From Burkholderiaceae bacterium (GTDB lineage Bacteria; Pseudomonadota; Gammaproteobacteria; Burkholderiales; Burkholderiaceae_C), in the NCBI GenBank assembly GCA_004323695.1, contig SCRU01000078.1:80-64079 (forward strand): DNA of 64,000 nt, written 5' to 3'. This document shows positions 35,425 to 44,749 of this stretch, in pieces. Position 1 is the first letter of the stretch, and every line of letters starts with the position of its first letter. The notes under the pieces were generated by a model. The model was given only the letters and a program-made list of their open reading frames with translations, did no database searches and was not told the DNA's origin. Position numbers and translations under genes: made by a program.

Positions 35425-36060
35425 ATGTCACGCTACAACACCCCTTTTGAAATTCACGTTCATGGCGAGGTTCCCCTGCGCCCCGAAGTGACCTTTGGGC
35501 AGCTTCAGGACGCGCTCGCGCCGATGTGGCGGTATGCGGGCGCTCGCTCGCTGGCTGACGGAGCGAGGAGTGTCTACGAAGAAGAGCCAGGCATCAAGTT
35601 TGACGCGAAGGAGCATCTGCTTCAGTTGTGCTGGACGGTTCGTGGCGACGAAGACTTTCGCGAAGCGCTCGACGAAATGGGCATGAGCCTCAACGAATTG
35701 GCGGCGAAGGGTGCGGCCATCGAGGTTTCGTTTTACGACGCCGATTTCGACGAAGACGATGACGATGAGGACGCGCCCGAGGAGTCGCGCGACGACTTCA
35801 TCATGTTTTTCGTCGGACCCGATCCCGCCGCGATCCTGCAGGTCCAGCGTGACTTGCTGGTGCAGGATGTCGTGGGTACGATGGAGCGGCACTTCGATGG
35901 TGCCGAGTTGACCGGTGTGGTCGCCGAAATCGACAAGCTGTTTGCACGGCGCTTCGATGCGCTCGTCAGTTCGCTGGACATTGGCAAGCTACCGCGCGGC
36001 ACGGGCGGCCATGGCGGCTTTGGTCATGGCGGCGGGCGCAAGCCTCGGCATCTGCATTGA
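35425..36060 (+). CDS. conserved hypothetical protein with an acidic D/E tract and a Gly/His-rich tail
   Basis: 211-aa ORF with protein-like composition, containing DADFDEDDDDEDAPEESRDD and a C-terminal GTGGHGGFGHGGGRKPRHLH. No domain was recognised. Confidence 0.65.
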   Translation: MSRYNTPFEIHVHGEVPLRPEVTFGQLQDALAPMWRYAGARSLADGARSVYEEEPGIKFDAKEHLLQLCWTVRGDEDFREALDEMGMSLNELAAKGAAIEVSFYDADFDEDDDDEDAPEESRDDFIMFFVGPDPAAILQVQRDLLVQDVVGTMERHFDGAELTGVVAEIDKLFARRFDALVSSLDIGKLPRGTGGHGGFGHGGGRKPRHLH

Positions 36061-36102
36061 AAGCGGCCCAACGCCGCATTGCGGCGAGCCACCGGCTGCG
36101 CG

Positions 36103-38997
36103 TCAACCGCATTGGCCTACAAAGCCGCAGGACGTGCAAAAGTCGCAGCCATCCTTCTGGATCATGGTGTGGTTGCTGCACTCCGGACAGATTCGTCCGG
36201 CCAGCAGCAGAGGCGCATCGCGATCGCGGGGTGCATCGAGCACGCCCATGTCCCGCAGCGGGTAGCCTTCCTCGCTCAGTACACCCAGCATCGCGTAGCG
36301 GTGGATGATGAGTCTGGCGATATACGCGACGGTGGATGGCCAGGTTTGCTGGCGCCGCTCGCTGTGCGGCAGGCCGGGCACGAAGGCCATGAAGCTGCCC
36401 AGCGGTTCGGCGTAGTTGAGCAGCTTGCGCAGCTTCATGCCGATCCAGGCCGGATCGACCACCCGCATATCGAGCGAAAGCAGGCGGGCGAGCCCGTCCA
36501 GCGCGCGCGGGTAGTTGCCCGAGAAGCCCACCGCGCACGGCCGCGTGGCCGTGCTGCCATCGGCACCCGGCAGCGTGACCTCCTTGAGCGTCACGGTGAA
36601 TGCTTCGCCCGTCGCGGGGTTGTCCACGTCCACGGCCCAGGCCAATGTTCCGGACGGGCCGGTGTGTGGCTCGTCCCGGCTGAACATGGCATCCAGCACG
36701 GGTGTGGCGCCGCCACGCCCCAGCAGTGGCAACGCCTTGAGCTGTTCGCAGCGCCAGCGGATGACCGCGGCCGTGGCGGCGACCACGCCCGGGAACAGGC
36801 GCTTGTGGCCGTGCGGGGGAAACGGCATCTCGAACGAGCGTTCTTCCGCCACCGTGGCCAGCACATCCAGCTTGAGCTGCAGCCAGGCGGGATCGTTGGC
36901 CCGCAAATCCATGGACAGGGTTTTCGCCAACGCGCCCAGGCCGCGCGGCTGCTCGGCGCCGTTGACCCAGACCTCGAACGGCTGTGGGGCGCTGCCATCC
37001 TCGGGTGCTAGCTCGCCCACGAACAGCGCAAAGTCCCCGAACGGGTGATGCACCATGAAAGTCCAGGCCGGGTTGCCACCGGGCAATTCGGGCCGGCCTG
37101 GCCAGCGCAGCGAGGAAAGCACCGGTGCCGGCAGGCGATCCAGTGCGAGGCGCCGGTTCACGCTGTCAATATGCAGCGGCGCGACGACCGGGGAGGGCGA
37201 GGTACTGAGCACGGCGCCCAGCACGTCATTGGGCCGGTAGGTGGCCAGCCCCTTGAGTCCGGATTGCCATGCTTGCAGATAGAGGTTCTGGAAATCTGTG
37301 TAGGGATAGTCCGCCGGCACATTGACGGTCTTGGAAATCGAAGTGTCGATAAACGGCGCCACCGCCGCCACCATGGCCGCGTGCGCCTGCGCGCTCATCT
37401 CCAGTGCCGTCACGAAGGCGGAGGTTAGCGGCGTGTTCTCGCCCTTCAGATGCCGGTACAGCCGCCACGCATGGTCTTGCACCGAATATTCCCGGGTGCT
37501 GCCGTCCGCCATGCGCTTTTTGCGCGTGTAGCTCCAGCTGAAAGCGGGTTCGATGCCGTTGCTGGCGTTGTCGGCAAACGCCAGGCTGATGGTACCGGTT
37601 GGCGCAATGGACAGAAGATGCGAGTTGCGCAGGCCGTGTGCGCGGATGCGGTCCTTCAGGGCTTGGGGAAGGCGCGAGGCAAACGTGCTGCCGCTGAGGT
37701 ACAGGTCCGCGTTGAAGAGCGGAAAGGCGCCACGTTCGCGTGCCAGCTCGACCGAAGCGTCATAGGCGGCATCGCGCAGGACCTGCGAGATATGCTGCGC
37801 CATGGCGCGGGCCTGCTGTGTGTCGTAGCGCAGGCCCAGCATGATGAGGGCATCGCCCAGTCCCGTGAAGCCGAGCCCGACCCGGCGCTTGTTGCGGGCG
37901 TCATCGTGTTGCTGGGGCAAAGGCCATACCGTCGCATCGAGCACATTGTCGAGCATGCGCACGGCGACGCGCGCGATGCGGGTAAACGCGGCAGCGTCGA
38001 ACTGCGCACTGTCTTCGAACGGCTGCAGGATGAAGCGCGTGAGGTCGATCGAACCCAGACAACAGCAGCCGTAGGAGGGGAGAGGCTGTTCGGCGCACGG
38101 ATTGGTGCTGGCGATGGATTCGCAGTACGACAGGTTGTTGTCGCGATTGATCTGGTCGAGGAACAGCACGCCCGGCTCCGCGTGGTCATAGGTGGAACGC
38201 ATGATCTGGTCCCACAGGTCGCGGGCGCGCAGCTTGCGGTACACCCACTGCGCACTGCCGTCTGCCAACGTCTGGCGATAGGCGCCGCCCGCCTTCTGCG
38301 CCGCACCCGGCTCGGCGCGGTGCACCAGCTCGACCTCGGTATCGTCCTGCACCGCCTCCATGAAGGCATCGGTGACGCCCACGGAAATATTGAAGTTGGT
38401 CAGGTTGCCGGCATCCTTCGCGTGGATGAACTCTTCGATGTCGGGGTGATCGCACCGCAGCACGCCCATTTGCGCACCGCGCCGTGCACCAGCCGATTCC
38501 ACGGTCTCGCACGATCGATCGAAAACGCGCATGTAGCTGATCGGGCCCGAGGCGCTGCTTTGCGTGCTGCCGACCCAAGCGCCGCGCGGCCGGATGCGCG
38601 AGAAGTCGTATCCGACACCGCCCCCGCGCCGCATCGTTTCCGCCGCCTCCGTCAGCGCCGTGTAGATGCCCGGGTAGCCGTCCTCCATTTGCGCGATCGA
38701 ATCTCCGACCGGCTGGACGAAACAGTTGATCAGGGTGGCGGAAAGATCGGTACCGGCCGCCGACTGGATACGCCCTGCCGGCAGGAAACCCTGCTGCATG
38801 GCCTCTACGAACTTCGCCTGCCACGAGGCCCGCTGCTCCGGTACTTCGCTTTGCGCCAGCGCCCGTGCCACGCGCAGGTTCACGGCGTCAACGGTCCGTT
38901 CGTCGCCTTTGCTGTATTTTTCCAGCAGAACTTCTTCGCTGATGGGTTGGGCCGAGAGCGCATGCTGGGCCGGACTTTTTCGCAGGGTTTTGGTCAT
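36103..38997 (-). CDS. nrdJ: adenosylcobalamin-dependent (class II) ribonucleoside-diphosphate reductase
   Basis: [35 protein letters not shown] and [10 protein letters not shown] are class II RNR motifs. C-terminal Zn-ribbon/redox tail [22 protein letters not shown]. The start was set at MTKTLRK (ATG 38997, GAGGGA RBS); ATG 39030 is possible. Confidence 0.9.
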   Translation of the reverse strand: MTKTLRKSPAQHALSAQPISEEVLLEKYSKGDERTVDAVNLRVARALAQSEVPEQRASWQAKFVEAMQQGFLPAGRIQSAAGTDLSATLINCFVQPVGDSIAQMEDGYPGIYTALTEAAETMRRGGGVGYDFSRIRPRGAWVGSTQSSASGPISYMRVFDRSCETVESAGARRGAQMGVLRCDHPDIEEFIHAKDAGNLTNFNISVGVTDAFMEAVQDDTEVELVHRAEPGAAQKAGGAYRQTLADGSAQWVYRKLRARDLWDQIMRSTYDHAEPGVLFLDQINRDNNLSYCESIASTNPCAEQPLPSYGCCCLGSIDLTRFILQPFEDSAQFDAAAFTRIARVAVRMLDNVLDATVWPLPQQHDDARNKRRVGLGFTGLGDALIMLGLRYDTQQARAMAQHISQVLRDAAYDASVELARERGAFPLFNADLYLSGSTFASRLPQALKDRIRAHGLRNSHLLSIAPTGTISLAFADNASNGIEPAFSWSYTRKKRMADGSTREYSVQDHAWRLYRHLKGENTPLTSAFVTALEMSAQAHAAMVAAVAPFIDTSISKTVNVPADYPYTDFQNLYLQAWQSGLKGLATYRPNDVLGAVLSTSPSPVVAPLHIDSVNRRLALDRLPAPVLSSLRWPGRPELPGGNPAWTFMVHHPFGDFALFVGELAPEDGSAPQPFEVWVNGAEQPRGLGALAKTLSMDLRANDPAWLQLKLDVLATVAEERSFEMPFPPHGHKRLFPGVVAATAAVIRWRCEQLKALPLLGRGGATPVLDAMFSRDEPHTGPSGTLAWAVDVDNPATGEAFTVTLKEVTLPGADGSTATRPCAVGFSGNYPRALDGLARLLSLDMRVVDPAWIGMKLRKLLNYAEPLGSFMAFVPGLPHSERRQQTWPSTVAYIARLIIHRYAMLGVLSEEGYPLRDMGVLDAPRDRDAPLLLAGRICPECSNHTMIQKDGCDFCTSCGFVGQCG

Positions 38998-39206
38998 GAG
39001 AGTCGTTCCCTCGGTGTCGGTGTCTGGCATCGTAGTGCTGCGAGTGTTCCGGTTCTTTGACCTGGAACAAACCACGGACACTGATTGGACCATTCGGGCA
39101 GTGCGGCTTCAATACAATTCAATGCAAGACACTACTTGAGTTGCGTGCATTGCCGGCCTGGCGTCGCGTTGGAATGCCGCTTTGATCTTTGTGTGGAGCA
39201 TGAACA

Positions 39207-39611
39207 ATGACGATTGCAAGTTTTGACGAGTTGATGCGGGAGGCGCGCCAGCAGACCGAGCCGCAGCGCCTGCTATTTGTGTTTTCGCGCGCCGAATTGC
39301 CGGAGGACGCGTCGCCAGTGCAACGTGCGCACTTCGATGCGGGACTCGGGGGCGCCCTGACACCGCTCATGTACGTGGACAAGGCGCCGCATGAGTTGGA
39401 CACGTTTCCCGCGCTGGTGGAGGAGGCGCGTCAGTTCGGGCGCGAATGGGCAGTGGTGTTCGTCGCGGCCCTGGCAGGGCGGGGCGGTCTGGCACCGACC
39501 AGCGAGGAAGTCGAGGCTTCCTTGCTGCGCATGGTGGAGTCCATCAAGGCTGGCCGCGTGGCGTCGTTCATTCCGTTCGACCGCCAGGGGCAGCCTGTGT
39601 TGCTGGGCTGA
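39207..39611 (+). CDS. conserved hypothetical protein, divergent from nrdJ
   Basis: 134-aa ORF with normal composition. GGAG lies 8 nt upstream of the ATG. No family was recognised. Confidence 0.65.
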   Translation: MTIASFDELMREARQQTEPQRLLFVFSRAELPEDASPVQRAHFDAGLGGALTPLMYVDKAPHELDTFPALVEEARQFGREWAVVFVAALAGRGGLAPTSEEVEASLLRMVESIKAGRVASFIPFDRQGQPVLLG

Positions 39612-39625
39612 ACTATCGCCGCGGC

Positions 39626-41041
39626 TCAGCAAGGCCGCAGTGCGCCCCGGCGGGCATAGAACCACCAGGTGATGGCGATGCATGTGACATAGAAAACGAT
39701 GAACCACCAGAGCGCCGCATGCGGGCTGCCCGTCATGTCGATGGAGGTTCCGTAGCTTGTGGGAATGAAGAAGCCGCCATAGGCGCCAATCGCGGCGGTA
39801 AACCCGAGCGCGGCGGCGCCCTGCTTGCTGCCTTCCCGGGCGGCGGCGGCCTGTGCCTCGGCGCCCTGGCCGCGTGCGGCATCCAGACACTCATCCATGA
39901 AAATCACCGGAATCATCCGAAAAGTGGAGCCGTTGCCGATGCCCGAGGCGACAAAAAGCACCATGAAGCACAGGAAAAACCCGGTCAGATTTCCGCTGGC
40001 ACCGTGATGCGGCAAATACTGCATCACGCCATAGACGCCAGCGGTCATGACGACAAACACACCCAGGCTGACACGCGCGCCGCCCGTCTTGTCGGCCAGC
40101 CAGCCGCCCACCGGGCGGATCAAGGCGCCCAGGAACGGCCCCATCCACGCGAAGGCCAAGGGGTTCACGCCCGGAAACTGGCTTTTGATGAGCAGTGGAA
40201 ATCCTGCCGAAAAGCCGATGAACGAGCCAAACGTGCCCAGGTACAGCCAGCACATGACCCAGGTATGCCGGCGCCTGAAAATCACGGCTTGGTCCGAGAA
40301 CGAGGCTTTGGCATCCGCGATATCGTTCATCATCAGATAGGCCAGCAGCGATGTGATCAGGATCGGGATGACCCAGACGAACGCGGCGTTTTGCAGCCAG
40401 ATCTGCTTCATCAGGCCGTCCGGCATCTGCACGGATGTCGGCTCTCCGCCGAACCAGCCGAAGATTCCGACGGAAATGACCAAAGGGACCATGAACTGTA
40501 CGGCCGAGACACCCAGGTTGCCCAGTCCGGCATTGAGGCCCAGCGCCGATCCCTTGCGCTCCTTCGGGAAGAAGAAGCTGATGTTGGCCATGCTGGAGCT
40601 GAAGTTGCCGCCGCCGAAGCCGCACAATGCGGCCAGCGCGAGCATCACCCAGTACGGCGTCTGCGGGTTCTGGACCGCAAACCCCATGCCGATCGCCGGG
40701 ATCAGCAGCGACAGCGTGGAAAAGACGGTCCAGCGCCGTCCACCCACGATAGGCACCATGAATGAGTAGAAGATGCGCAACGTGGCGCCTGCCAGCGCGG
40801 GCAGCGCGGCGAGCCAGAACAGCTTGTCGGTGCCATACCTGAAGCCGGCGGCCGGTAGTTGCACGATCACAACGCTCCACACCATCCAGACGGCATGCGC
40901 GAGGAACAGGGCGGGGATGGAAATCCACAGGTTCCGGTTGGCGATGGCATTGCCTTGCGTCGCCCAGAACGCCTTGTCCTCCGGAGTCCAGATGGTCAGC
41001 AGCCTGCCCGTGCCCGTGGTTCCTGATGGCGATGCCGTCAT
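39626..41041 (-). CDS. narK: nitrate/nitrite transporter NarK (MFS)
   Basis: GGGNFSSSMANISFFFPKERKGSALGLNAGLGNLGVS is the NarK signature. The start was set at MTASPSG (ATG 41041); the upstream part of the track ORF overlaps the ppiC-like gene. Confidence 0.9.
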   Translation of the reverse strand: MTASPSGTTGTGRLLTIWTPEDKAFWATQGNAIANRNLWISIPALFLAHAVWMVWSVVIVQLPAAGFRYGTDKLFWLAALPALAGATLRIFYSFMVPIVGGRRWTVFSTLSLLIPAIGMGFAVQNPQTPYWVMLALAALCGFGGGNFSSSMANISFFFPKERKGSALGLNAGLGNLGVSAVQFMVPLVISVGIFGWFGGEPTSVQMPDGLMKQIWLQNAAFVWVIPILITSLLAYLMMNDIADAKASFSDQAVIFRRRHTWVMCWLYLGTFGSFIGFSAGFPLLIKSQFPGVNPLAFAWMGPFLGALIRPVGGWLADKTGGARVSLGVFVVMTAGVYGVMQYLPHHGASGNLTGFFLCFMVLFVASGIGNGSTFRMIPVIFMDECLDAARGQGAEAQAAAAREGSKQGAAALGFTAAIGAYGGFFIPTSYGTSIDMTGSPHAALWWFIVFYVTCIAITWWFYARRGALRPC

Positions 41042-41051
41042 GGTGTACTGC

Positions 41052-41768
41052 TTACTGCACCAGTGGCGACGCCGACGCGTCGAGCTCCACACCTTCGATA
41101 TCGGCGTTGCCCGCGAGTATGCGCATGTATTGCGACAACGCACGGGCTTCGCTGCGCTTGCGCAGCTCGGCCGCCACTTCGTCGCGCACGAACCCGTAGG
41201 GCAACTGCTTGCCTTCAATGCGGCGATCCACGGCGATGATGTGAAAACCGTGCCGGGTGGTGACCAGACCTGCCAGCACGCCTATCGTGCCATCGCCGAA
41301 GATGGCCTTTTCGAATTCCGGCACGGTCTCGCCGCGCTGCAGCTGGCCCAGGTTGCCGCCATTCGCGCCGGACGGGCAGTTCGAGTGCTGGCGCGCATAT
41401 TCATCGAAGAGCTCTGGCCTCGCATTGATCTCGTGCAGTATCGTTTCCGCCTTGGCACGGATCACCGACACCGGTGCCCCGGGGATGATTTGAAACAGGA
41501 TGTGGCGCGCACACACGAGGTCGCCGCTGCGAAAGCGCTTCATGTTGGCGTCGTACCAGCGTTTGCACACCTCTTCAGTGGGTTCCGGTACCTGTATCTC
41601 CTCGGCCAGCGTGCGTTCCAGCGCGCGTTCGGTATCCGTTTCGCTGGCGCCATCGCTGGTGAAACCAAGTTCGCATGCGCGTTGGCGCAGCAGTTCATGC
41701 ACCGCGGCCAACTGCGGCGTGGGCCACGCCGCCACGTCGACGTCGACGCCGTTCACGGTCACGCTCAT
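41052..41768 (-). CDS. PpiC/parvulin-type peptidyl-prolyl isomerase associated with the nar operon
   Basis: ARHILFQ...SNCPSGANGGNLGQLQRGETVPEFEKAIF...TRHGFHII is a parvulin domain. The ATG overlaps the narI stop (ATGA). Only the C-terminal 238 aa of track ORF 41052..42572 were taken. Confidence 0.8.
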   Translation of the reverse strand: MSVTVNGVDVDVAAWPTPQLAAVHELLRQRACELGFTSDGASETDTERALERTLAEEIQVPEPTEEVCKRWYDANMKRFRSGDLVCARHILFQIIPGAPVSVIRAKAETILHEINARPELFDEYARQHSNCPSGANGGNLGQLQRGETVPEFEKAIFGDGTIGVLAGLVTTRHGFHIIAVDRRIEGKQLPYGFVRDEVAAELRKRSEARALSQYMRILAGNADIEGVELDASASPLVQ

Positions 41769-42472
41769 AGAGCCCTCCTGCGGCCGCTTTTGCGCACCAG
41801 TTGGTAGGGACGGAACAGGTAGGCAAGCGAGCCGACCCCGCTCCAGATGTGCACCATGCGGGTGAAGGGCGACACCAGGAAGATGGTGAAGCCGAGCAGG
41901 ATGTGAATTTTGTAAACCCAGGGTACCGCGAGCAGCACGGAGGCGATGCCGCCATGGAAATACACGATGCCTTTCACGTAGCTGACGATCACCATGAACA
42001 TGGCCCCATCCATGTGCTGCGCGGAGATCGGGACGGTGAGCAGTCCGAGCAGCAATTGCAGCCACAGCATGACGACGATGCTGATGTCCCATTTGCGGCT
42101 GTTGCGGCGGATGCGCGGGTCGCCGAGCCGGCGATGGATCAGGATGGAAAGGCCGATGATGGCGATCAGGCCCGCGACGCCGCCCACCAACATCGCCAGC
42201 AGTTCGTGCTGTCCCGGGCTCAGAAGCCAGTCGACCATCCAGTCCGGCGTGAGGAACCCGGCGAAGTGGCCGAGAATGACCACGAGCACCCCATAGTGAA
42301 ACAGGTTGGAGCCGAGCCGAAGTTCCCGTTTGCGCAGTGTCTGCGAGGAATCGCTCTTCCAGGAATACGGTTCGCGGTCGAATCGAACCAGGCTGCCGAG
42401 CAGGAGCACTGCAAGGCATATGTAAGGATAGACACCGAACACGAACTGGTTCCATGCGGGTGATAAGGTCAT
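41765..42472 (-). CDS. narI: respiratory nitrate reductase gamma subunit
   Basis: 235 aa with 5 TM segments. FGVYPYICLAVLLLGSLVRFDREPYSWKSDSSQ is typical NarI. Confidence 0.9.
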   Translation of the reverse strand: MTLSPAWNQFVFGVYPYICLAVLLLGSLVRFDREPYSWKSDSSQTLRKRELRLGSNLFHYGVLVVILGHFAGFLTPDWMVDWLLSPGQHELLAMLVGGVAGLIAIIGLSILIHRRLGDPRIRRNSRKWDISIVVMLWLQLLLGLLTVPISAQHMDGAMFMVIVSYVKGIVYFHGGIASVLLAVPWVYKIHILLGFTIFLVSPFTRMVHIWSGVGSLAYLFRPYQLVRKSGRRRAL

Positions 42473-42490
42473 GATGGTTCTCCTGTGCGG

Positions 42491-43141
42491 TCAGGCCGTG
42501 TGTGTTGCGGATGGTTTGACGAACACCAGCGGATGGGTTTCGGGGGGCGCGAAAGCCGGCTTCTCGTCCCACGCACGATCCAGGTCTTCCGGCGGCGGCA
42601 CCGGCGCGCGCGCATCAAGCCCCTTCTCTCCCCCGATGGCCAGCAGCGCGGCCATCACCGCTGCGTAAGAGCTGCGCAATCCGGTCAAGGTGTTGCCGAG
42701 CTGGCGAAGAACGTGAGCGATCTCGCCGATCGTGTCCCTGGTCTCTGCCAGGTCGCGGCAGCTCAGGTATTCCAGCAGCAGTGGCAGATGGTCGGGCAGC
42801 TCGTTGGTGCTGGGCTCCATGCCCGCATCAAGGTAGCGCTGACGCAGCTCCAGCATGGCCGGACCACGCTCGCGGCCGTCGCCGTGGACGTATTCGAACA
42901 GGTTCAGCGAGGTGCGCCGTCCGCGGTCGAACAGGTCGACATAGCGGCCTTCGGCGTCAAGCGCGTCGCTGCCTTCGATGTCGCGTGCGAGCGCCAGCAG
43001 GTCATTTCGCTGTTGCACATCGAGCATCCGGGTATCGCGGATCACGTCAATGATTTCCGGCAAGGCGGTGCGCAACTGCGCGTCCGGATAGGCGAGCAGG
43101 GCGGACAGGGCGCGCAGCAACAGGGTCGGGTTATTTGACAT
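42491..43141 (-). CDS. narJ: nitrate reductase molybdenum cofactor assembly chaperone
   Basis: Positioned between narH and narI. LLAYPDAQL...DLFDRGRRTSLNLFEYVHGDGRERG is a NarJ-like pattern. Confidence 0.85.
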   Translation of the reverse strand: MSNNPTLLLRALSALLAYPDAQLRTALPEIIDVIRDTRMLDVQQRNDLLALARDIEGSDALDAEGRYVDLFDRGRRTSLNLFEYVHGDGRERGPAMLELRQRYLDAGMEPSTNELPDHLPLLLEYLSCRDLAETRDTIGEIAHVLRQLGNTLTGLRSSYAAVMAALLAIGGEKGLDARAPVPPPEDLDRAWDEKPAFAPPETHPLVFVKPSATHTA

Positions 43142-43197
43142 GAAAGTTCATGGCCTGTGGGAAGGCTGCGATGGGATGTTGGTAAGCGGGGGAGGGG

Positions 43198-44739
43198 TCA
43201 CTCATGGTCATCCAGCTCGCGGATCGGAACGATCTTGCGCCGCCCCATCTTGCCGCCGAACAAGCCGGCCTTGGCATCGATACCATCGCAGCCGTTGCCG
43301 AAGGTGAAGCCGCAGCCCCCGCGAATCTGGTAGGCGTTCTCCGCTTCCTCGCGGTGCGCTGTGGGGATCACGAAGCGGTCCTCGTAATTCGCAATGGCGA
43401 GATAGCGGTGCATGTCGTTCGCCGTCGCCTCGTCCAGTCCCACGCTGGAGAGCAGCGCCGGGTTCTGCGCCTCGCCCAGTTGCCGGGCGCGGAACCAGGC
43501 GCGCATCGCCATCATGCGCTCCAGCGCGCTCACGATGGGCGGTTCGTTGCCGGCGGTCAGGAGGTTCGCGAGGTAGCGCACGGGGATGCGCAGCGATCCC
43601 ACATCCGGCAGGCCGTTGGCACTGCTGTCGATGGCGCCCGCGTTGGCATGCGCGGTGATCGGCGACAGCGGCGGCACATACCAGACCATCGGCAGCGTGC
43701 GGTATTCGGGATGCAGCGGAAACGCGATCTTCCATTCGACGGCCATCTTGTAGGCCGGCGATCTTTGCGCAGCCTCGAGCCATTGCGCCGCGATGCCGTC
43801 CGCCAGCGCCTGGCGCTGGATCGCGGGATCGGAGGGGTCGAGAAAAATGTCGAGCTGAGACTGGTACAGGTCCTGCGGGTTTTCGGTGGACGCCGCCTGT
43901 TCGATGCGGTCCGCGTCATATAAAACGACACCGAGGTAGCGGATCCGACCGACGCAGGTTTCCGAACAGACCGTCGGCAAGCCGACCTCAATCCGTGGGT
44001 AGCAGAAGGTGCACTTCTCCGCCTTGCCGCTGACCCAGTTGTAGTAGATTTTCTTGTACGGGCAACCCGACACGCACATGCGCCAGCCTCGGCACTTGTC
44101 CTGGTCGATCAGGACGATGCCGTCTTCCTCGCGCTTGTAGATCGAGCCGGACGGGCACGATGCCACGCAGGTGGGGTTGAGGCAATGCTCGCACAAGCGG
44201 GGCAGGTACATCATGAAGGTGTTTTCGAACTGTCCGTAGATGTCCTTTTGCACCTGCTCGAAGTTGTAGTCCTTGCTGCGCTTTTCGAACTCCCCGCCGA
44301 GGATTTCCTCCCAGTTGGGGCCCCATTCGATCTTGTCCATGGTGCGGCCCGAGATCAGCGAGATCGGGCGTGCGACCGGCGCGGTCGGAAGCTCCGGCGC
44401 GGTCTGCAGGTTCTCGTAGTCGAAGGTGAACGGCTCGTAGTAGTCGTCGATTTCGGGCAGATTGGGATTCGCAAAGATGCGCGCCAGCACGCCCCAGCGC
44501 CCGCCCTGTTTGGGCACCAGCCTGCCGCTGGATTTGCGTTCCCAGCCACCCTTCCAGTGGTCCTGATTCTCCCAATCCTTGGGATAGCCGATGCCGGGCT
44601 TGGTTTCGACGTTGTTGAACCACGCGTATTCCATGCCCTTGCGCGAGGTCCACACGTTCTTGCAGGTGACCGAGCAGGTGTGGCAGCCGATGCACTTGTC
44701 CAGGTTGAGCACCATCGCGATTTGTGCGCGTATCTTCAT
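43198..44739 (-). CDS. narH: respiratory nitrate reductase beta subunit
   Basis: MKIRAQIAMVLNLDKCIGCHTCSVTCKNVW, with multiple Fe-S Cys clusters. 513 aa. Confidence 0.95.
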   Translation of the reverse strand: MKIRAQIAMVLNLDKCIGCHTCSVTCKNVWTSRKGMEYAWFNNVETKPGIGYPKDWENQDHWKGGWERKSSGRLVPKQGGRWGVLARIFANPNLPEIDDYYEPFTFDYENLQTAPELPTAPVARPISLISGRTMDKIEWGPNWEEILGGEFEKRSKDYNFEQVQKDIYGQFENTFMMYLPRLCEHCLNPTCVASCPSGSIYKREEDGIVLIDQDKCRGWRMCVSGCPYKKIYYNWVSGKAEKCTFCYPRIEVGLPTVCSETCVGRIRYLGVVLYDADRIEQAASTENPQDLYQSQLDIFLDPSDPAIQRQALADGIAAQWLEAAQRSPAYKMAVEWKIAFPLHPEYRTLPMVWYVPPLSPITAHANAGAIDSSANGLPDVGSLRIPVRYLANLLTAGNEPPIVSALERMMAMRAWFRARQLGEAQNPALLSSVGLDEATANDMHRYLAIANYEDRFVIPTAHREEAENAYQIRGGCGFTFGNGCDGIDAKAGLFGGKMGRRKIVPIRELDDHE

Positions 44740-44749
44740 GTTTTTCGCC

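Noticed and set aside
39031-39206. Looked for NrdR boxes or a cobalamin riboswitch upstream of nrdJ
   Set aside because: The only weak dyad is ACACTACTTGAGT near 39130, and there is no second box at about 31-bp spacing. No B12-box-like sequence was seen. This is not supportable by eye; it needs a PSSM or CM scan.
41769-42572. N-terminal two-thirds of the 506-aa track ORF 41052..42572
   Set aside because: This part overlaps narI in another frame and is Arg/Pro/His-rich. The parvulin protein starts at the ATG that overlaps the narI stop (41768).
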